A stretch of 64,000 nt of DNA from Fonticula alba ATCC 38817 (lineage: Eukaryota; Protista; Nucleariida). The DNA lies in the NCBI GenBank assembly GCA_000388065.2, contig KB932202.1. One strand, 5' to 3'. The notes under the pieces are model-generated. The model did no database searches. It saw nothing but the letters and a program-made list of their open reading frames with translations, and had not been told where the DNA came from. Below, one piece after another: positions 58,238-64,000 of this stretch. The position numbers and the translations under genes were made by a program. How positions within the stretch are numbered: position 1 is the first letter of the stretch; each line of letters starts with the position of its first letter.

Positions 58238-61200
58238 AGTGGTGGTGGTGGTGGCATCGTCAGCACCACCACGACCACCACCACGGCGGCTTCCTCCATC
58301 ACGCGAGGGCTGCTGCTGTTGCTGGGACGGCGGCGGCGGCGGCGGCGACGGCGCCGACGCGTATGCTTGCGACTGCATCTGGCGGGCGGCGCCGCTGGGG
58401 CCGGCCATCACCGAGCTGCCGGCAGCATCCTCAGCCTGGGGCTGGTGGTGAATCTCCAGGAACCTGTTTCCCCCGGTGCTCGGGGGCGGGCTGATCCGTC
58501 CACCTGCATGGGGACAGGTCGACCCGCGGCCAGGGGACAGCGGCCCGCAGGTGGCCGGCCCGGCCGCCTGCTGGCGATGCTGCTGGCACCCCCCCGGGCG
58601 CATCGGGCGGAGCTCCATCGGAGTGGCCATCGGGCCGTCTACCAGGCCGTCGATGGTGGCCCCGACCGAGTGGCGCCGGGCAGCCGGCGACCCGGCCCCT
58701 GGCGCCAGGGGGCCCTGGGGCGAGACATTGGCATCGCCATGGCGCCACTGACGCTGCTGCTGCTGCTGCTGCTGCTGCTGTGCAGCGGCCTCAGAGCCGG
58801 GCCCTCTGCCGAGGGTGGGCAGCAATTCGGGATTGGATGTCTGCTTGCGGCCGAGATTGCGCATGACCGTGGCCGACGGCTTGACCATGCGCTCGCCTGC
58901 GCCGGCGGTGGCGGCGACCGCGGCCGCGGCGGGGCCCGATGCGGCAGAGGCCCCCGGCGATCCGTACGTCGGGAAGGATGTCCGCCGGGCCTGGGTCGTG
59001 GCGGCCGGCGGGTTGCGACCACTTGCCGGGTGATACATTGGGCAGGAGGTCTGCCGAGGATCGCCGGCGGCCATTGGGCTGCCTCCAGACCCATCGGTGG
59101 CGGTGGCGGCCTCGGCCCTGCGCGGGGCCCCGCCCATGGGGCCTGCCGTGGCGGCGGTGCCGGCCGTGGTGGTGCCGGCCGTCGGCATGGAGGGAGACAG
59201 CACCGACGACGAGGAGGAGGACGGCGAGGAGCCCGCACCCGAGGTGCTGGGGGTGTAGTAGCCGCCGCGGCCGCCGCCGGGACGGGCGTCAGCCCGGGCG
59301 CCGGTGGCCGTCGACGAGGCGGGCGCCGCGGCCGCCTGCCGAGCTGGCGGCAGGCCGCCCAGCTGGCGCGCGGCCAGGTGCGGGTCACCTCCGGTAACCA
59401 TGCTGCTGCCGCCGCCGGCGGCGGCGTCATTGACGGGCGGCGGGGCCCCGCCCGGCATGCGGGGGGCAGCTTCCGAGCCGGCCATGCGCCCGGGCGACAC
59501 CGGCATGGCGCTCGGATCGCCGGCCATGCGGTCCTTGTGGGAGGTCGGGGCCGTGGTGGCCATCGGCGGCGGTGGTCCGAAGCCAGCGCCACCGGCCGCC
59601 GCCGGCGGGAGGCTGTGCAGCTCGCGCAGCGTCTTGTGCTGGGAGGACTGCCGGTCGGGGGCCGGGATCGGCGGCTGCGGGGCCGGCACGGCCGCCTGGC
59701 GGGCATCCTCAATGTGCCCGAAGGCATCGTATTCGTGCATCGGAGGGGTGTCATCCTCGTCGTGGGCCATCATCATGGCCATGCGCGAGGAGGCCGGGTC
59801 CCCCCCCCCCCGGTGCGAGCCATGCCCATGGCGGTGATGGTGCTGCTGGTGGGGCGCCGGGCGGTCGCCGGCGACGGCGGCCGCGGCAGCCGCCGCGGCA
59901 GCCGCCGCCTCCGCGTCGGCCTTCTCCCGCATCTGCACCGATCGGCGGCGGTGGTTCAGGAAGTCATTGCGCGCCTCGCAGCGACAGAGGACCGGATCCA
60001 AATTGAGGCAGCCGGTGGATGCCGCTGCCCTGCCGGCTGGCCCCCCCCCGGTGGCCAGGTCGGCATCCAGCTGGGGCTGGCCGCCGGCCTGGCGCTGGGC
60101 CCGCTCGAACTCCTCCAGGCAGCAGCACCCCTCGAAGCTCAGCGGCCGGAGCTGCCACCCATGCAGGTACCCGCTCCAGGAATCGGCATTCAAGGCCTGG
60201 CGGCGGTTTTCCGCCTCGCGGTCGGAGGGGTCCTCCACACGGATGAGCTCCCACGAAGACCAGTAGTGCGGGTCCGGCTTGAGGGTGATCACTCGGGTGC
60301 GGTTCTGGAAGTCCACGGTCGTCAGGCGAAGGTAGGTGCTGTCGACATCGGTGTCCACCACCGGCGACGAGGGCGGCAGGAAGAAGGAGGCCCGGTCGGC
60401 GTGCGAGGCCGGCGGCTGGCGATGGTGGCGCTGGGCCGCCTCGTCGTCCTGGCCGGCGGCCGGGGGGAGGCCCCGGCGGTGGGCGGAGTCCTGCTCCAGC
60501 TGGCGCTTGCGCTGCAGGCGCTCATACTCGGCCACACGGCCCTCGGTGGCCTGGCGAATGGCCTCCACGAAGGAGTCCAAATCCGGGCAGGGGAACCCAT
60601 CGCAATCGGTGATCCACACCGTGGCACGGAGCCCGTACATCTGGGCCGGCGAGCCGGTCGACCACCAGGACGAGTAGACCCCCCCGGGGGGGGCCGTGCG
60701 CCGGAGCTGGAACACCGGCCGGTGGGGCTGCTGCAGGGCCGCACCAGCCCACAGGATGACACGCTGGGTGCCGATGGTGTTCACCTCCACCAGGGGAATG
60801 CGGAAGGACATGACCAGCCCATCGCGGAGGATGGTCAGCACCACCTTGTTGGGCTGCTGCATGCGCATCGCGGCCAGGCGCTTGGCGGTGATGTGGCCCC
60901 CGCCGCTGCCATTGACGCCGGAGCTGCTGCCGCCGCTGCCGGGGCGCCGGTGCGGCGGCCGCTCGGCCCCCTCGTCATCGGCCGCCGGGTAGCCGCCGCC
61001 GACCGGGGCGCCGCTCTCATCGTCGGCCGACGAAAAGGCATAGTCCTCCTCGTCGGTCAGCGAAAGGGCCTCCAAATCCGAGGCATTCAGGTCCAGGTCG
61101 CTGTGATCACTCAGGTCCGAGGCCATGGCCTGGTCATGGAGGCGGAGCCAGGCGCGCTGCTTGCGCCGGCGGTGCTCCTCGCGCAGCTGGCGCACCATGT

Positions 61201-62300
61201 ACCCATCGAGGCCGTCGCCGCCCTGGATGCTGGCCCGGCGGGCGGCCTTGGCGGCGATGGTGGCCGCGCGGGCCGTTGGCGAGGGCGGCGGCTGGCCCGG
61301 CGCCGGTCCCGTCACCCCGATCGAGGGGGCCGCCGGGTGGTGGCTGTCCTCGGCGGCCAGGCTGGCCGAGTCCGTGCTGGAGGTGGGCTGCTCGCGGCGC
61401 GAGCGGCGCTTGATCCGCTCGCGACGCTGGCGCCGGCGCTGCTCCCGCGTCTCCAGGTGGAACTGCTCCAGCACGCCGTCTCCCAGGGAGCCGATCTTGC
61501 CGCCGGGCGGGCGGCCGCCAGGGGGGGCACCGGCCCCGGCCCCAGTCGCCTCCCCGGTGGCCCGGAACAGCTCCAAATCCGTGCTGCTGCGCCACCCCTC
61601 GCGGGACACATCCTCCGGACGGGGCAGGAGCACGGTGTCATCGCACTCAATCCCGGCCGTGAAGTCCCCTTGGAGGACACTGTCCAGGGCCCGGGCCGTG
61701 GGCACGATGCGGCCATCGCACGCCAGGATCAGGTCGCCCTCGCGCAGGCACATGCTGGCCGGGGTGCTGGCCGCCACGCGGCGCACCGCCAGCAGGCTGT
61801 TCCGCCGGGGGTTGGCCCGGGCAATGAGGGCCAGCCATTCATCGCTGACGCCCAGGGCGCGGGCATTCAGCACGGAGTTCGGCCGGACCTCCACCTCCAG
61901 GCTGAAGATCTTGGGCACGCGCACGCGCAGGTCATTGGTCTGGCGGCGCTGGCGCCGGTGTTGCTGCTGCGGGCGCGGCACCCGCTGCCCCGGGTCCGAG
62001 TCGTCCATGCCCGACGGGGTCGGGTCATCGAAGTTGGCCGTCATGCGGCTGACCACCGGCTGGATGATGCCGGACGGGATGCCGGCCCACAGCTGGGCGT
62101 CATTGCCGTCGGAGTCCTGGAAGGCGAAGGAGGCCCAGAAGGCCCGCATGCGCCCGGTCACCGGGCACAGCAGGACACCACCATCCGCGCGGGGGGAGTT
62201 GTCCACATCCACCACGTCGATGTTGGTGGCGCGGTACCGGGGGGGGTTGGTCTCGCGCAGGAGCAGCTCATAGGAGTTGGAGATGGTTGTCAGCCGGAAG

Positions 62301-62377
<77 letters not shown>

Positions 62378-62949
62378 TTGTCGGCGCAGGGCAAGGGCAC
62401 ATGGCCGGGGGTCCCCGTGGGGTTTTTGCGCGCCACAGCATCGATGGTCGTCGAAGTTGCGAAGGGAAGCCAGGGCCGGGCAGGGCAGGGGCGGGGGGAG
62501 GCGGCATGAGGAGGTGTTAGAATCGTGTGGGAGACTGGCAGGAGCGACAGGCCGCCGGCAAACCTTCCGCCAATGGAGGAGGAGAATGCACGGAGGTCGC
62601 CACCAGGGGTGGAGGAGAGGAGGGGGAAGGGAGGCAGAGAGACGCACCAACACGCGAGCCATTCAGGCCCACAAAGAGAACCCTGTCACCCTGCTCCAGC
62701 TCGCCGGACGTTTTAAGTGCATCGGCCGAGAGAGCGGCATTGGCCGCGGCCTGGCCGCTGGTGAGGGTGTTTTCCAGGCGACAGATCTCCTCATCGGAGG
62801 CCAGATCGCAGGAGATGGGCACCCGGCCGCATGTCTGACCGGGGAGCTCCATTTCCACCTCCTCCACCGGCGAGTCCAGCAGCAGACGCGGATCATACTG
62901 AATGATGACATAGTTGTGGTTCGGGTGGATGAAAACTGCGCGCGCATGG

Positions 62950-62996
<47 letters not shown>

Positions 62997-64000
62997 GGCG
63001 GCAGCAGCAGCAGCATGGTGTCAGGTCACCATCCATCCCCACGGTGTGCGTGTGTGCGTGTGTGCGTGTGTGTGCGGTGAGTACACAGGTTGGCCGGGGG
63101 AGAAAATGGCAGGGCCGGGAAAAGGAAAAAAAGCCCCACACACAGCCTGGCAGGCAGCCCACACAGGAGCACGCACCAATACGAGCCGGGAGCAGGATCG
63201 ACGCGGCGAAGGAAACCGTCACATCTCCCAGGGCGATGGGCACGGTGTTGGTGTCACACATGACCAGGCCCTTCTCCTTGCTGACGATGACACCGGTGCC
63301 ATTGAACCGCGTCCCATGGACACCATCGATGGCGTACGGGCAGCTGAAGCCCACGGTGACCAGGGCGCGCACCGTGCGCTCGGCCTCCGGCGGCATCTTG
63401 GCGCTGGTCTGCGGGAAGGTGACCACCGCGGCCTCCGGCATCATGGGCGGCAGCGCCGGCAGAGGGACCTGATGGCAGAGCCAGGTCCCGAGGCGATCAT
63501 CGCGCACCCACTTTTCCAGCGGGTGCCAGCGCCGGTCGACCACGATGATGGTGGCGCAGGCGCGGTTCAAATCCCCGAGCGACACAAAGCGCACCGGCAC
63601 CCGGGCCCCATCCGGCAGGGCGCTGAACACCCGAAGCCACTCGTCCAGCGTCGGGGTGGGCATGTTGTCCAAGTGGGTGATCACATCATCCGAGCTGAGC
63701 CCGGCCATGGACAGCATGTAGCCCGAGGAGGCGATGTACACGCCGCCCACCGGCACCGAGTAAGCCCGGGCCATCTGGTAGGACAGGGTGTGCACAATGC
63801 CGCCCGACACACTGACAAACCGATCCGGGGTAATCTCATGCAGGTCGCCCACTCGGACATTGATCAGCTGCGAGGAGGGGGACGCCCGCAGGGTGCTGAC
63901 CAGGTCCACCTCGGCATTTGTCAGCATGCGCCCGGTGAAGGGGTTCTCGATGGCCGACGGCAGGAGGTCCAGGTCCAGGCCGCTGCTGCTGGCATCCGGC
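56072..64000 (-). CDS. NMA111: Nma111/Ynm3-like HtrA-PDZ serine protease, 5'-truncated by the window end; introns 63176-62936 and 62647-62302
   Basis: ITPDRFVSVSGGIVHTLSYQMARAY, FNGTGVIVSKEKGLV, RI|VFIHPNHNYVIIQYDP, PPRYRATNIDVV, REGDLILACDG, WAGAALQQPH, GSPAQMYGL..WITDCDG, ITLKPDPHYW. Confidence 0.93.
62303..62376. repeat. (TG)n/(CA)n intronic microsatellite next to the NMA111 acceptor
   Basis: Long uninterrupted dinucleotide run ending at CACAG on the minus strand. Confidence 0.95.

Noticed and set aside
57611-62377. 1588-aa plus-strand ORF antisense to NMA111, and similar long antisense or shifted ORFs such as 49937..51784 and 32678..34978
   Set aside because: These are shadow ORFs expected in GC-rich, GC3-biased coding DNA, with no protein motifs.

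Overview
This is eukaryotic, GC-rich, intron-containing genomic scaffold DNA with many N gaps, (CT)n/(CA)n microsatellites and poly-C/G runs. It is not prokaryotic, and I found no CRISPR array or recognisable transposon. The gene mix is fungal-like Nma111 and Tom22, an animal-like CIP4/FBP17 F-BAR protein, a tetracysteine HSC20 and a single-domain GLO1. That mix fits an early-branching opisthokont protist such as Fonticula, which is an inference I cannot confirm. Genes I reconstructed by hand from GT..AG phase matching, left to right: TAF1C/Rrn6-like (-), WDR74/NSA1 (+), tRNA-Asn(GTT) (-), orphan TM protein (+), Drs2/ATP8A-like P4-ATPase (+), orphan multipass membrane protein (+), HSC20/Jac1 (+), SPC25 (+), orphan signal-peptide/TM protein (+), GLO1 (-), Rad60/Esc2/NIP45-like SUMO-domain protein (-), F-BAR/HR1/SH3-like protein (+), DHHC palmitoyltransferase (-), TOM22 with a very long acidic repeat N-terminus (+), and the 3' part of an Nma111/Ynm3 PDZ protease with a very long tail (-). 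The strongest oddities are the ~540-aa Tom22, a RENi SUMO-like domain ending in TGG, R-x-S motif tails on Rrn6 and Spc25, and a dominant GTGCGY 5' splice site. Two clear assembly artefacts are an Illumina adapter at 24875 and a duplicated, probably misplaced segment inside the P4-ATPase intron. Family assignments come from recalled motif similarity, not database searches. I do not see a convincing multi-gene novel system.
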